Numbered from the stretch's first letter, positions 27,681-42,478 are shown. The stretch: DNA of 64,000 nucleotides from Octopus sinensis (GCF_006345805.1 NC_043004.1:85808001-85872000); one strand, 5' to 3'. Translations and numbers: made by a program. Notes: a model not told the origin generated them from the letters alone.

Positions 27681-29110
27681 GTATAACATAACGAAATATG
27701 AAAGATGTAATATGATATACTTCATATAAACATAGCAAAAATGATAATGTTAAACTATGCTGACGTTAGCTGGGCTGACAGAAACAGGTTTTTGTTATTG
27801 CTGTTGCTGTCTTCTTCTTCTTCTGCTTCTTCTTCTTCTTCTTCTTCTTCTTCTTCTTCTTCTTCTTCATATTCCAATCAGGGCTCACGCCATTTTCCAC
27901 AAAAAATAATCTCTAATCCGAACCTACTCTAAGCTACTAAGAACGCGTGTGGCAACTTGCAGATCCACTCGCCACACGCGATAGACTGGCGGTTGCACGG
28001 GCGCCAAAGCTACGTTGTTATCCTCATTCCGAAAACGGTGGCTTTTAACGAGTGGAGAACTGAACCATCCTGGGGTACAGAGGATTCGCAATCTACACTA
28101 GGGTCTGAAAATTTACCACACCATAGTTGCTCTGCTTTGTGACAGAAGTAGTAAGAATGAGTGAGAGAATGTTGCGGTGAAAGAGTACGGCGGGATTCGC
28201 CACCCCTCCCCGCCGGAGCCTCGTGGGGCTTATGATTTTTGCTCGATAAACACTCACAATGCCCGGTCTGGGAATCGAAACTGCGTTTTTACGACCGCAA
28301 GTCCGCTGCCCTAATCACTGGGCCATTGCTCTCCACGTGATGTTGCTGTTACGATTGCTACTGCTTCTGAGGAATTAGCTGGTATTCAACTAATGTTCAG
28401 CCCTGAATTTGTAGACCTATCACTAGAGACGTTCCAGCTACGACAAGTACTTTTCTTTAGGCATAGTGTATCTGAGCTCACATTAGCCAATGTGTTCTTT
28501 TTTCTGAGACGGCCGAGTGTAGTCTGAGAACAATTACGTTACTATTTTTTGCAGATAGTGGCAAACTTCTGTTTTAATAATCTGACTTAGACTTTACCTT
28601 TTCTTGTCTCGCCCGAATCAATCCTTACTGAGCAGGAGCTATGATCAAATTCGTTCCAGTTATGACCATCTTCTTTCTGTTATATTCAAGCATATTCTAA
28701 GCCGGACTTCATATATATTCTCCTTTATTTTGTCTACGTTTTTTTTTCTCTTATTAAACGATAGGCAGTAATTTATGGGTGATTTTGCTGTTATTTCCAG
28801 CAGCTCGATTGGCCTCCTAGGCTTTCCCTTATTGACATCTGAGACAGAAAGAGGAACGGAAAGAGACAGAGAGAAAGAGAGAATGAGGGGGAGGGATAGA
28901 GAAAGACAGAGATTTTGGTGGAATTGACTGGTGATGACAACAACAGCAACAGCATGAAGGAGGAGGAGGTGGAAGAGATGAGGAGGGGGATTAGGGGAGG
29001 GGAGGAGGAAAAGGTGGAGGAAGAAAGAGAGGAGGAAGAGGAAGAAGTGGAAGGAGAAGGAGAGGATGGAGTAAAAAAATCAGAAACAGAAATAAGTACA
29101 AAAGCAAGAA

Positions 29111-29156
<46 letters not shown>

Positions 29157-29329
29157 GCAACAACAGGAGCAATAGAGAAATAAAGAAATAAATTTAGTGG
29201 AGTGTACAGAAGGAAGAAAAATAAAGATGGCGGGTGGAGAGGGGTGGGGAGAGGGTGCTCTAACAAACGAAGTTGACAATACAGAAAGCAGGTGATTTCA
29301 TTTTCTTTCACAAATACCTCCACCTACTT

Positions 29330-29377
29330 CATGGGTGCACACATATACACACACACACACGCACAAACACACACACG

Positions 29378-29415
<38 letters not shown>

Positions 29416-29575
29416 GGCATACGCACACACATACGCAGACATAATACACAGAATCACACAAACACAGCTAGGCACACACACACATACGCATGCCTGCGAA
29501 TAAACACATATATTTACATGTTTGTATAGTTCTATACACAGAAAACAATATATATATATATATGTATATATATAC

Positions 29576-29611
<36 letters not shown>

Positions 29612-30738
29612 ATACATACACACTCACACTAACACATATATATATACATACACACACGCACACCGCACACACGCACACCGCACACACGCACACCGCACAC
29701 ACGCGGGTGTATTTACGCTCAACCGGCCACACACGCTCGCGCCCGCTCGCGTAGCTCGAACACGCGCCAGCATACATGTGTATATACACACGCACATAGG
29801 TGTATATACGTACGGAACTATATATTTAGTTGCATACTTCGTGGTATATATACTCGGGTACATCCACACATACATGCGCATACGCTTGTATGCTCAACCG
29901 ACACACGCGCGCACATACACGCTCGTATTAACACACACACAGATACACACACACACATATACATGCACTCATACACATACACGTACTCACACGGAGACAC
30001 AAACACACACAAACACGCGCGCAAGCACACACATACACACGCGCGCTCACACACATACACATGCAGACCCACACACATAGACATGCGTACTTACATATGT
30101 GCACTAGTGCACACACACATGCACACGCGCACCCACACACCTACACACGCGTATTCGCACACATACTCACGCGCACACGCACACATACGCACGCGCACCT
30201 ACACGCATTCACACGTGTACTCACACACATGCACTAGCGCACGCATGTACATGACCACGCGCACCCACACACATACACACGCACACCCACATACATACAC
30301 ACGTGCACGCACACACACGCACGCACGTACAAAAAGGCACACATGTACTGACACTCGCGCACGCAAACACGCACAAATACACAAACGCGCATGCAGATAC
30401 ACACACACACACACACGCAATCGCAAACACAAACACAGACATGCATATGCACTCACACATACACACACACACACATATCTTTTACTCCTCCCAGTCATTA
30501 GACTGCGGCCATTCTGGGGCACGACCTTGAAGCGTTTAATCATAAAATCGACACCAGTACTTATGCGTTTTAAAGCCTGGTATATATTCGATTAAGGAAG
30601 TGAACAAACCAACTCCGGTTGCCAAACGACGGAGGAATAGGATGACAAACAATCACACAGATACACACACGTTTTTTTCTTTCCCTATTTGCTTGCATCA
30701 GTCACTAAACTGCGGCCATACTGGGGCACCGCCTTGAT

Positions 30739-30796
<58 letters not shown>

Positions 30797-31578
30797 ATAT
30801 ATATATATGTATGTATGTATTTATGTATGTATGTATGTATGTATATATATATATGTATATATGTATATATATATATGTATGTATATATATATATATGTAT
30901 ATATATGTATGTATGTATGTATATATATATATTATATATATATATGTACGTACGTATGTATGTATGTATGTATGTATGTATGTATATATATATATATACA
31001 TATGGGGAAAATTGACATACAAAAAAAAAAAAAAGATGAAGACAGGTGGTGTAGACAACAAACAGATGTATTAGTTTAACGCTCGGGAAGTGAAATAGTC
31101 TTTAACGTTTCGAGCCAACGCTCTTCCAAAGAAAGGAACACAGAATGAAACAAGGAGAGAAAAGAAAGAGATGTATAATAATGATAATAATAACAACAAC
31201 AACAACAACAACAACAGTAGCAGCAGGAGCAATAGAGAAATAAAGAAAGAAATTCAGTGGGGTGTACAGAAGGAAAAAATAGGTGCTGCGACGCTGGAGC
31301 GAACCTTGAACCATGTGGTTGGGAAGCAAGCTTCTTACCAGACATCCATGCCAACGCTTGTGCAGTCGCATAGACTCAAGACACTGGCATGAAGACGTGC
31401 ATACAACTTGATATGTGCATCTAGATATCTGCAGTCGTATGCATCACCTTATATGAACTTCACACACGCAATTCACACAATACGATTGTTAATGTAGGAA
31501 CGTTTACACACACGCACACACAAACACACGTACACATGGGTACTGACAGAAGACTATGAGATATACACACGCATACAT

Positions 31579-31609
<31 letters not shown>

Positions 31610-32299
31610 TATACACATAAAGAGAGTAATATGAGAACACAGCGACACACACACATACACACAAACACACAGAAGGCTAAGAGCTACATATATGCATGCA
31701 TATATACACATACACACATACACACATAAAGAGAGAAATATACTTACACTGCGACATACACACATATACGCATTAAATGGGAAATATAGCTACTCTGCGA
31801 CACACACGCATGCACACAAACACACAGAAGTCTAAGAGACACACATACGCACACATACTTACACACACACACACATATACACACATACGCACACATAGTT
31901 ACACACACACACATATACATATAAAATGGGAAATATGCGTATACAGCGACACACACACACACACAGGAGACTAAGAGCTACACATACGCACACATACATA
32001 CACACACATATACACATAAAGAAGGAGATATACCTACACTGCAACACACACATACACACAAACACACAGAAGATTAAGACACACACTCACACACACATAT
32101 AACATGGGAAATAGGCCTAAACTGCGACACACACACACACACACACACATCATGCATTCATACAAATATAGTCACATACCTACATACACACACACACACA
32201 CACATTGTGTTACATTGGAACGCATACATACACTTAGACAATAAAATATGCTTATACTGTCACACACACACACATACACACACACATACACGCACACAT

Positions 32300-32341
<42 letters not shown>

Positions 32342-33600
32342 GCGCAGGCAAATAGCGCATTGTACCGCAGACATACATACATATAAGCAATGAAATACGC
32401 CTATGATATCACACACGCACATGCATGCACACACATGCGCGCACTCATATTCACACACACACACACACATTACCACACGCACAAACACGGGAGCTCACCC
32501 ATATAGGAGCATACACATGTATATACACACATAACAGAATAAGCACACGTTCTTCGAGGCGTGTATACACCAACATACACATATACATCATTAACATGCA
32601 TGCATATACTAACACACACACACACATGCACACACTATACACACGCCCGTTCATATTATTAGAACCAACAAACATATTGACATTTTCACTCACATACACA
32701 CACACACACACACATACACACACACAATACATTCAGGCACACACACATGCATACAACACACGCACTGACACATACACACACACATAGTGCTATACACTGG
32801 AAGTCGTATATTCACATCAGCACACGCACACACCAGCTTATAGCCACACACACAACACATACACACACACACACAGAGAAACACTCAGACAACATATACA
32901 CACACACGCTCAAAAAACCCACAAGACACACACACACACACACACAGAACATATATATAAACACACTGATGCACACACACAAACACACACACACTCACAC
33001 AGAAGCAGTCACACAACACTTAGTTGTACAAATACACAATCGCGCAGAAACACACACACACATAGCATACACATACACACATTGACATACACAGAGAAAC
33101 ACACACACATCACATACATACACGCACTGATACACACATCACATACATACACAACTGACACACACATCACATACATACACGCACTGACACACACATCACA
33201 TACATACACACACTGACACACACATCACATACATACAAACACTGACACACACATCACATACATACAAACACTGACACACACATCACATACATACACACAC
33301 TGACACACACATCACACACATACACACACTGACACACACATCACACACATACACACACTGACACACACATCACACACATACACACACTGACACACACATC
33401 ACACACATACACACACTGACACACACATCTCATACATACACACACACTGACACACACATCCCATTTAAACTGGCTTACACTAACATATTAACACTCACAC
33501 AAACGCACACACGTAAACACAAGTTCACACACATACATACACACATGCACACACACACACAGCACTAGCTAATACACACACTTTGTGCTGCACACACGCA
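29330..33600. repeat. Extended CA/TA/TACA microsatellite field
   Basis: Seen directly; interrupted by SINE fragments near 30480-30740 and 31290-31340. Confidence 0.95.
33080..33460. repeat. 29-bp minisatellite (actgacacacacatcacacacatacacac)n
   Basis: actga recurs at 33241, 33270, 33299 and onward; about 13 copies. Confidence 0.9.
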
Positions 33601-33879
33601 ATGACACCTGCCGTGTATCAACACTAGAACCATTAATTACAAAAGAGTAAACGCAACGACGACGGCAGAGCGAGATTCAACGACGGTGTCTGTCCGACGA
33701 GGAGCGAAAACTATAAAGCGAAGGAGGCTGACAGACACACACTGTTATATACGAGGGAGAAGGGGGGGGGGAGTCAGTGTGAGAGAAGGGAGAGGTGAGG
33801 AAAGAGAGAGAGAGAGAGAGTGAGAGAGAGACAGCCAGACAGACAGAAGGACAGAGGCAGAGAGAGAGAGAGGAAGAGA

Positions 33880-34600
33880 GAAGGAGTATGAAAGAGGTGA
33901 GATGGAGAGGGAGGGACAGATGAATGGAGACGCAGAGAAAGAGAGAGAGTAAGAGACCGAGAAGGGGAGAAAGAGAAACAGTAAAAGAGACAGAGATAGT
34001 AAGGGAGAGAGAGGGGAGAGTGTGAAAGAGGTGAGATGGAGAGAGAGAGAGGGACAGATTAATGGAGACGCAGAGACAGAGAGAGAGAGGGGGAAAGAGA
34101 AACAGTAAAAGAGACAGAAATAATAAGGGAGAGAGAGAGTGGAGAGTGTGAGAGAGTGGTGGGGAGAGGGAGGGACAGATGAATGGAGACGCAGAGACAG
34201 AGAGAGAGAGTGTGTGAGAGAGAGAGGGGGGAAAGAGAAACAGTAAAAGAGACAGAGATAGTAAGGGAGAGAGAGAGGGGAGAGTGTGAGAGAGTGGTGG
34301 GGAGAGGAATGAAATTGAGAAAGTGGGAGGGAAAGGGAAGAGAGACAGCAAACAGACAGACGGACAGATAGAAACAGAAAGTGAGGAAAAGAGAAAGAGT
34401 GTATGAGAGGTAAGAGGGAGGGTGAGGGGCAGATGGATGGAGACGCAGAGAGAGATAGGGGAGAGACAGAGATTGGCAGAGAGAGTGAGAGAGAAAGTGA
34501 AACAGTAAAAAGAGAAACAGAGAACAGAGAGAGGGGGAGTATAAGAGAGAAGTGAGAGGGAGAGAAAAAGAGAGTCAGATGGAGACGCAGTGACAAGGAG
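33880..34600. repeat. GA-rich tandem repeat of about 120-140 bp within a polypurine tract
   Basis: gggacagatgaatggagacgcagag recurs near 33912, 34051 and 34172, with degenerate copies near 34426 and 34575. Confidence 0.75.
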
Positions 34601-35107
34601 AGAGTGAGAAGAGAGAGAAAAAGAATGAGACGGATAGAGATAGAGAGGAAGTGGGTGAGAGAGGAAAGGTCAGACAAAGAGAAACGTAGTGACAGGGGGA
34701 AAAAGTGAGAAAGAGAAGAGAGAGAAAGAGAGACACAAATAGACAAAAACGGACAGAAAGAGAGCAAGGAAGAGAGAGTGTTATAGAAAGAGAGAATGAA
34801 AGGCAGAAAGAGAGAGAGAGAAAGACAGATCGAGAGAAAGGCAGAGAAAGAGAGACACAAACAGATAAAGAAAAAACAGAGAGAAAGAGAGCGAAGAAGA
34901 GAGGGAGAGTGTGAGAGAGACGTGAGAGGTAGGGGGAGAGACAGGCTGACAGGCGAAAAGACAGAAGGAGGGAAGGAGACAAAGAGGGAGTAAAAGAAAT
35001 ATACAGAGAGAGACTGAGAGAAAGGCATCAAAGAAAGACAGCGGGAGAGAGAGAGAGAGAGAGAGAAAGAGACAAAAATGGAGACTTATTTTCTGTATCT
35101 GTCTTAC

Positions 35108-35165
35108 ACACACGCTAATGCGAACATGCAGAACTCTTCACTGTCCATAGCACACGCAATGAAAA
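35108..35165 (-). other. Candidate 58-bp exon
   Basis: Acceptor tttttctttcattttatgtag| and donor tgt|gtaaga; a unique island inside the GA tract. Confidence 0.3.
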
Positions 35166-35206
35166 CTACATAAAATGAAAGAAAAACGATAGCAGAGAGA
35201 GACTCA

Positions 35207-35243
<37 letters not shown>

Positions 35244-35796
35244 TGAGGTGGAGAGCGTCTTAATCGTTTTGTTGCTCTTGAGAACAGAAGCACGTATAAC
35301 ACATACAGGGCATAGACATGCATAAAGAGAAACACACAAAATGTGAGAGAAAGAGAGGAAGAGAGAGAGAGGGGAATAGAGAGAGAGAGAGGAATAGAGA
35401 GAGAGAGAGGAATAGAGAGAGAGAGAGACTGCACACGTGACTAGAAAAGAGGAAGAAGTGAGTCTGACAAAGAAGCAGAAAAGCACACAGCAATGCAGGA
35501 AAGGACAGAGAGGCAGAGGCAGAGACAGACAGGGAGACAGAAACGGACAGAGAGACAGAGAGAGACAGAGAGACAGAGAGAGACAGACATACAGAGAGAC
35601 AGAGAGACAGACAGAGACAGAGACAGAGAGACAGACAGTACAGACAGGGAGACAGAGAGAGAGAGAAAGAAAGAGAGAGAAAGAGAGACAGAGAGAGACA
35701 GAGAGAGACAGAGAGACAGAGAGACAGAGACAGACAGAGAGACAGACAGACAGAAAATCCTATGCACATACAGAGAGAGAGTGAGAGAGAGAGGGT

Positions 35797-35829
<33 letters not shown>

Positions 35830-36902
35830 CAACATTCCCTCACATGCAAACCTATTAGCACATATAATAAAATACGCAAAAGATAACACTTGTAAGGTGA
35901 GACGAAGCGGAAGAGAGAAGAAAAAGAAGAAGTAGAGAGAGAGAGAGAGAGGGGTGGTAAAAGAGAGGATGATAGAAAAGAGAGGAGAGATAGGGATAGA
36001 GTGTGAGAGAAAATAAAAAGTGAGACAGATTAACACTCGCACAAACAATACGAAACGAAAAATTCTATTGAAATGGCGGATCTAGAGAGCCACAAACAAT
36101 AACACACAAACAAGCAAGCCAACACAACAAACACTACGACAGCCAGACAGACTTATTATTACAGGTTGATTAGAGCTTGAGATGTAGGCCAGTAGGCAAC
36201 CAACTCGAACGTCGGGTGATGAAGATCGTTAAGTGGTGGTCGAGGTGGTGGTGGTGGTGGTCGAGATGTCATTCTGAAGAAGTCTTGTCAATCGTGTAAA
36301 GTATGCTTCACTGATGAGACCACGTAATATCGAAACAAAAACCTGTTGCTTTAAACAATAAAATTTAAAAGAAATTGCATCGTCTTAATTGTTCTAAAAT
36401 TTAGGTTACCTATTACAATCGGCGTTACCCCCCTCTTTTGATTATCATTTTATACTTTTTACACCCTTAATGTAAGATTTCGCTTGTTAATTGCAAAGCT
36501 AATCACAATTACTTCGAACTTTAGGTTTCATTGTAAAGCTCCAAATGTGATGCTCTAATCGTACAAGACGTCTTTGATATTCATAATCAACAGCACTACC
36601 TTCGTAGTAAAGATTGTTTGCCAACATAACATGGCAGTCCTTGTTTAGGACAAATGTTACTGCAATTTAGCACCAGAAGATATCGTCTCTAGCTGGCTAT
36701 ACGACACGATCTGTGTCCTTACATTTTCGAATAAGGGAATCTAGCATCCCCACTCGGCTCTAAACAATATCTGTGTATTGCGATTACTGGGTTATCTCTC
36801 TTCATCAGCAAAGAATAATTGTTCGGTTAGAGGTGGCACTGCCAAATTCCCGTTCGAAATATATAGTTTTCAAAGTGAATATTATATCCAGATAGCGTTT
36901 GT

Positions 36903-36970
36903 CTTAATAACTGATGAGATGTCGGAGCAGACTTCAACCCCGACATCTGAAACTGAGTTTTATTATGAGA
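36903..36970 (+). ncRNA. Hammerhead ribozyme-like motif, slightly degenerate
   Basis: UUAAUAA-CUGAUGA-GAUGUCGG..CCGACAUC-(U)-GAAAC-UGA-GUU-UUAUUA: 8-bp helix II, 6-bp helix I, one extra U before GAAA. Confidence 0.55.
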
Positions 36971-36988
36971 ACCAACTAATTGTCACAT

Positions 36989-37055
<67 letters not shown>

Positions 37056-37136
37056 ACATGTATGTATGTATGTATGTATGTATGTATGTATGTATGTATT
37101 TGTGTGTGTACGTGTGTGTCTTTTTGTCTGTCTTTC

Positions 37137-37560
37137 CTTCACCGCTTGACAACCGGTGTTAATGTGTTGCCGTTACCATAACTTAGCAATTCGCCCTAAG
37201 AAACTGATAGAACTGGTACTAGGCTTAAGAAATAATTTCTGAGGGTCGATTTGTTCGACAGAAACTCCTGGAAGGCGGTGCTCCAGCATGGCTACAGTCA
37301 AATCACTGAAAGAAGTAAAAGAATAAAAGAATGTGTACATATTCATCTAAGTATGTGTGCCTTTTTGTCTGGTTTTGACTTCTCCAGTTTGACAACCACT
37401 GTTGGTTTGTTTACGTCCCTCTAACTTAGCGCTTGTGAGAAAGCGATCACAAGAATAAGTACTACACTTCAAAATGAGAACATGCACCGATACAGATTTG
37501 TTTAATTGAATCTCTTCACTACAGTGCTCCATCATGGCCGCTGTCCAATAACTGAAAACA
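37137..37560 (+). mobile_element. Two tandem 3' halves of SINE family A
   Basis: gcttgacaaccggtgtt...ggcggtgctccagcatggctacagtcaaatcactgaa, followed by a second, more diverged copy. Confidence 0.75.
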
Positions 37561-37570
37561 AAGGAAAACT

Positions 37571-38174
37571 ACATTATTTACATTTGACGGATATTTGTCC
37601 CCATCTTCTTTGTTGTTAACACAACGTTTCGGCTGATATACCCTTCAGGTGGCTTGGGGAAATTTCGAACCTGGGTTCTCCTTCCTAAGGTATTTTCGAT
37701 ATTATCATTATTACTATTATTATTATTATTATTAATATTATTATTATTATTATTCAGGTCACTGCCTGGAATCGAACTCGTAATCTTGGGGTTAGTAGCT
37801 TGCGCTCTTAACCGCTATGCCCTTTGCCCGTGGTTAAGAGCGCAGGCTACTAACCCCATGATTCCGAGTTCGATTCCAGGCAGTGACCTGAAGAAGAAGA
37901 AGAAGAAGAAGAAGAACAACAACAACAACAACAACAACAACAGCAGCAGCAGCAGCAGCAGCAGTAACAATAATGATAATAATAACAATAGCAACATCGA
38001 AAAATACCTTAGGAATGAGAACCCAGGTTCGAAATTTCCCCAAGACACCTGATGAAGGCTGGAGGGTATATGAGCCGAAACGTTTTATTAACAACAAACA
38101 AGATGAGGACAAATGTCTTTCAGTTGTAAATGTAAATAATGTACATAATTCCTCATTTCCTAAATATAGAACTG
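37571..38174. mobile_element. Head-to-head pair of a tRNA-headed SINE with microsatellite spacer and hammerhead-like tail
   Basis: 37754-37812 is the reverse complement of 37829-37889 (tRNA-like head), and 37571-37710 is the reverse complement of about 37990-38143 (tail with CTGATGA...GAAAC). Confidence 0.85.
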
Positions 38175-39334
38175 CATTAAATGAAAAATAATGGATTTTG
38201 ATTGTTCACGTGACACATATTCTATCTAATATAACTCGTTCGATACCATCAAGCTTAATATCCAAGTAACTTCTGAGTGAGCAAAATTTTCAGAACAGAA
38301 ATTTCAAGTTCTGTGAATTTTGACAAAACAAATTTGGACTTTCTATATTGAATAAATTCTGAAATAGAGGAGTGGACATTTTAGCAATAAATCAATGAAG
38401 TATTGAGTTAAAACGGAAACATTTGCACCTATCGTATTTCGTTTTCGTGTTTTTTTAAAAACTGGATATATCAGAGGGAGTGTTGACGGGTTGGGGTTTT
38501 GGCGGTAGGTGTGGTTTTGAGATATTGGAATTGGAGATGGTGAAGGTGACGGTGTGGTAGCGAGGGTGGTTGAGATGGCGATGGTAGTGGTGGTGGTGGT
38601 GGTGGTGGTGGTGGTTATGATGGCTGTGGTAATGATGGTTCTGATTGGGTAATAGTGGTGGGGAAGGTTGTTGAGATGGTGGAGTTGGTGGAGAAGTGTT
38701 GCAGTGGGGGTAGTGGTGTAGGTGGTGATGACGCCGGTGATGGCGAGGGAGGTGGTGATGGTTGTGTCAGTATTTGTCGAAGTGGTTTTGGAGATGGGAG
38801 ATGATGAGGTGGATAGGCGGTGGTGGTGGTGGTGGTGTTCAGGGTTGGTCATAGTGGTGGTCGTGTCGGTAGTAGTGGTGTGAGTAGTGGTATTGGTTTT
38901 GGTGGTTGTGGTAGTGGTGGTGGTGGTGGTTGTAGTGGTGGTGGTGTTCGCGGTTAGTCATAGTGGTGGTCGCGTCGGTGGTAGTGGTGAGAGTAGTGGT
39001 ATTGGTTGTGGTGGTGGTGGTGGTGGTAGTAGTGGTGGTATTGGCGGTGGTGGTGGTGTAGGACAAGTTAATGAAGTTGTTATCAAGTGGTCGATAGATC
39101 TGCTAGAAATAATGAAATAACAACCAAATCTACTTCAAAATCACAACACTGACATTTCGAAAAACGTAAAAGACAAGCAGAAAAGACATAATGTTTAATG
39201 AAGTCAGAAAAAGGATTAGCCTTGAAATGATTTCAATCATCTGTCGGCTCCATCGAGCTTCCCTGCTCACGCACGAATAAGAACACAAGTAGATGGAGAT
39301 ACAAACACTGAAGAAATAAATGATCGAATCTATA

Positions 39335-39375
<41 letters not shown>

Positions 39376-39430
39376 TAATAATAATAACAATAATAATAAT
39401 AATAATAATAACAATAATAATAATAATAGC

Positions 39431-39465
<35 letters not shown>

Positions 39466-39484
39466 TAATAATAATAATAATGAC

Positions 39485-39530
<46 letters not shown>

Positions 39531-39534
<4 letters not shown>

Positions 39535-41273
39535 CTCAAGGGCTTACTAGCGATAGTCAAACAATTCAGTGACGACATCAGAATGCAATTCGGCCTCGAT
39601 AAATGTGCAAAGGCTACCTTTATCAAAGGAAAAATGACAGAAACATCTAACGTTAACCTTGACCAACAGAATGTCATAAAAGAACTAGACCCAGCGGAGA
39701 GCTACAAGTACCTAGGGATAATTGAAGGGAACGGAATAAGGCATTCAGAGATGAAGGAAAGGATCAGGAGAGAATGCTACCGAAGAGTGAGAGCAATACT
39801 CAAGACAGAGCTGAATGCAAGAAACAGGATCGAAGCAATCAATGCATTAGCTATACCAGTCGTGACTTACAGTTTCAATATTGTTAACTGGTCAATTACT
39901 GAAATATGTCAGCTCGACAGAAAAATAAGGAAACTGTTGACAATGCATAGAATGCACCAACCTAAGGCAGATACAGAACGACTCTATCTGCCAAGAAAAG
40001 AGGGAGGCCGTGGTCTTTTGCAACTGGCAATAACAATGAAGATTGCTACAATTGGCCTAGACACCTACCTGAAAAACTCTGAGGACTGGATGCTAAAACT
40101 TGTCTCAAAACATGAAAACAAGAAAGCATCATACTCAGTCACAAAACAGGCAAAGGAATATCTAAGTGAATTCCGAATACAACCAATTTCGGAATTAGAG
40201 ATAGATATACAAGAAACAAGCACAGAAAAAGCTAGGCGCATGAAAACCCGTGCCAAAACTGCGGCCTTAGATATTCTGAATAATAAATGGCAAGAAAAAC
40301 CTCTCTATGGCAAATACCCAAAGAGAGCGAATAATGCAGATATCGACAAAGCCCTGACCCATCAATGGCTAATGGCCTCTGGCTTAAAATCTGAAACAGA
40401 GGGGTTTATCATAGCAGCTCAAGATCAATGCCTACCAACAAGAAACTACCAGGCCAACACATTAAAGATCAGAAGCAGTCCAACGTGTCGTGTATGCAAG
40501 CAACAAAATGAAACCATTGACCATGTGGTCTCCAAGTGCAGTCTTCTAGCGCCTACAGAGTATCTCAACAGGCACGATAGAGCTGCACAATATATTCACT
40601 GTGTAATCTGTAAAAACCTGGATTTGCCCCATGAAAAAAACTGGTGGGAACACAAACCAACCCCAGTGCTTGAAAATGACCACATCTCACTCCTCTGGAA
40701 CTTCACCATTCAAACTGACAGGAAGATAGATGCAAATAGGCCAGACATCATATTGAAAAACTTCAAACAAAGAACATGCCTCCTCATTGATATGACTGTC
40801 CCAATCGATATAAACGTATCTGTCAAGACCTACCAAAAACTGAGCAAATATAAAGATCTTGAAATAGAAATCAGCAAAATGTGGAAGCTGAAGACTAAAA
40901 CAATACCTGTTGTCATAGGTGCCCTGGGAATGATAGCAAAAGGGGCTGATAGCTACCTAACTCAGATACCAGGAAACCCAAAAATGGCAGAAGTTCAAAA
41001 GATAGTGCTCATGGGAACTGCTCATATCCTACGCAAAATACTCTCTATGTAATCTCAAGGTTTAAAACAAACATAATTTTCGGTTTAAAAAAAAGAAAAA
41101 AAAAAAACCTTTTTTTTTTTTTTTTAGACATTCATTAGTACAACATCCCCACCCCCCAAATATATGGCACACTAGGCATAACAACAACATGAACTTCCAA
41201 CCCTGTTGTCTCTTGAGGTCTCTGGGTGAGACTTGGAGACAACTTGTACAAATATAAAGCAAAAGTCAAACAT
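39531..41273 (+). mobile_element. 5'-truncated R4/Dong-type non-LTR retrotransposon with restriction-like endonuclease, inserted in (AAT)n
   Basis: Uninterrupted frame of about 500 aa: end of RT (FSDDIRMQFGLDKC), CCHC knuckle CRVCKQQNETIDHVVSKC, RHD, RPDI..LIDMTVP..KLSKYKDL (PD-D/ExK RLE), C-terminal QKIVLMGTAHILRKIL. (AAT)n arrays lie on both sides. Confidence 0.92.
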
Positions 41274-41350
41274 AGAATAATAATAATAATAATAATAATA
41301 ATGATGATAATAATAGCAATAATAATAATAATAACAATAATAATAATAGC

Positions 41351-41391
<41 letters not shown>

Positions 41392-41434
41392 TAATAATAA
41401 TAGCAATAATAATAATAATAACAATAATAATAGC

Positions 41435-41471
<37 letters not shown>

Positions 41472-41473
41472 GC

Positions 41474-41522
<49 letters not shown>

Positions 41523-41639
41523 GCGATTTCTTTCTTAACCACAGGAGTTTACGTTAAGAAAAACATTGTGGATAGTAAAGGACAAATCAAAGAATGTGTG
41601 TGCATGTGTGTGAGTGTGTGTTGTTGTGAAGGTTTTGCG

Positions 41640-42420
41640 CGTAAACAAGACTAACAAAATCACATTGTGTGATTCTCAATAAGGAGAAGGCGTTCCAGGG
41701 CTGCTCATGGAAAAATCCCATAAATGAAAGCATGGGTATCCTGACTTTTGGAGCAAGTGTTTTTTTTTTTTGTTTTCCTTTTTACCGACTACAGGCGTAT
41801 GCTCAGAGCAGGCCCGTCCACTCGCACTATTCTCGCCACTTTCATCCACCTTTTGGCAAACTGACTAAAAGATAACACTTTCCTCTCTAACTTTATTTTC
41901 CTATTCACGTGACACTTGAAGAAGTTGATTAGGTATTGGCCAAACAGAGAAGTGTTTGCTTTCAGCCCCTTCAATCTCGTCCACCATACAAACTCTTTCG
42001 TCATGACCATCAGGCATATAAACACAGCTCGTTCCTTCCCGGTTAAAGGAAGGCGGCACGCCGATCTTCATGATGGATTCAGTTGACAGTCGGATCCGTC
42101 CTCCACACGACAGCAAGTGTTCGATATAAACCCACATGTCAGCAATGCTCGGCCACTGGAGAAGTGCATGCAGGAGTGTCTCGTTGTCCTGCGCGCATTT
42201 AAAGTTTATCTCGAACAAGCAAAGCTCCCCGGTAGCACTGCCACGGCAGAGATTTTGGGAAATTATCCATCAGTCCCAGACCGAAAGTTCTCCGGAAACG
42301 AATGGCTAGTTGCTCTTATTCGAAGCCCTTGGCCTCCTCAAGAACGTCGTCGCACTTTTCCTCCACTAATCCTCTCTAAAATGACGAAGTGGACGTTCCA
42401 CCTGTCGCAGTGTCCGATTA
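41640..42420 (-). mobile_element. Decayed L1/Tx1-like LINE ORF2 C-terminal fragment
   Basis: Frameshifted pieces TFGLGLMDNFPKSLPWQCYRGALLVRDKL, CAQDNETLLHALLQWP (CCHC remnant) and KEFVWWTRLKGL...FAKRWMKVARIV resemble Tx1-type C-termini from memory. Confidence 0.7.
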
Positions 42421-42422
42421 TT

Positions 42423-42477
<55 letters not shown>

Positions 42478-42478
<1 letters not shown>

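Noticed and set aside
27944-27980. 10-bp stem-loop cgcgtgtggc/gccacacgcg
   Set aside because: Short and next to a SINE remnant; no recognisable RNA family.
33745-35031. 428-aa S/L-rich ORF and similar long ORFs in GA, CA and TA tracts
   Set aside because: Translation of simple repeats that lack stop codons; no domain signal.
37829-37889. tRNA-like sequences here and at 12466, 44113 and 53381
   Set aside because: No complete cloverleaf or acceptor stem; they continue into SINE bodies, so they are SINE heads, not tRNA genes.
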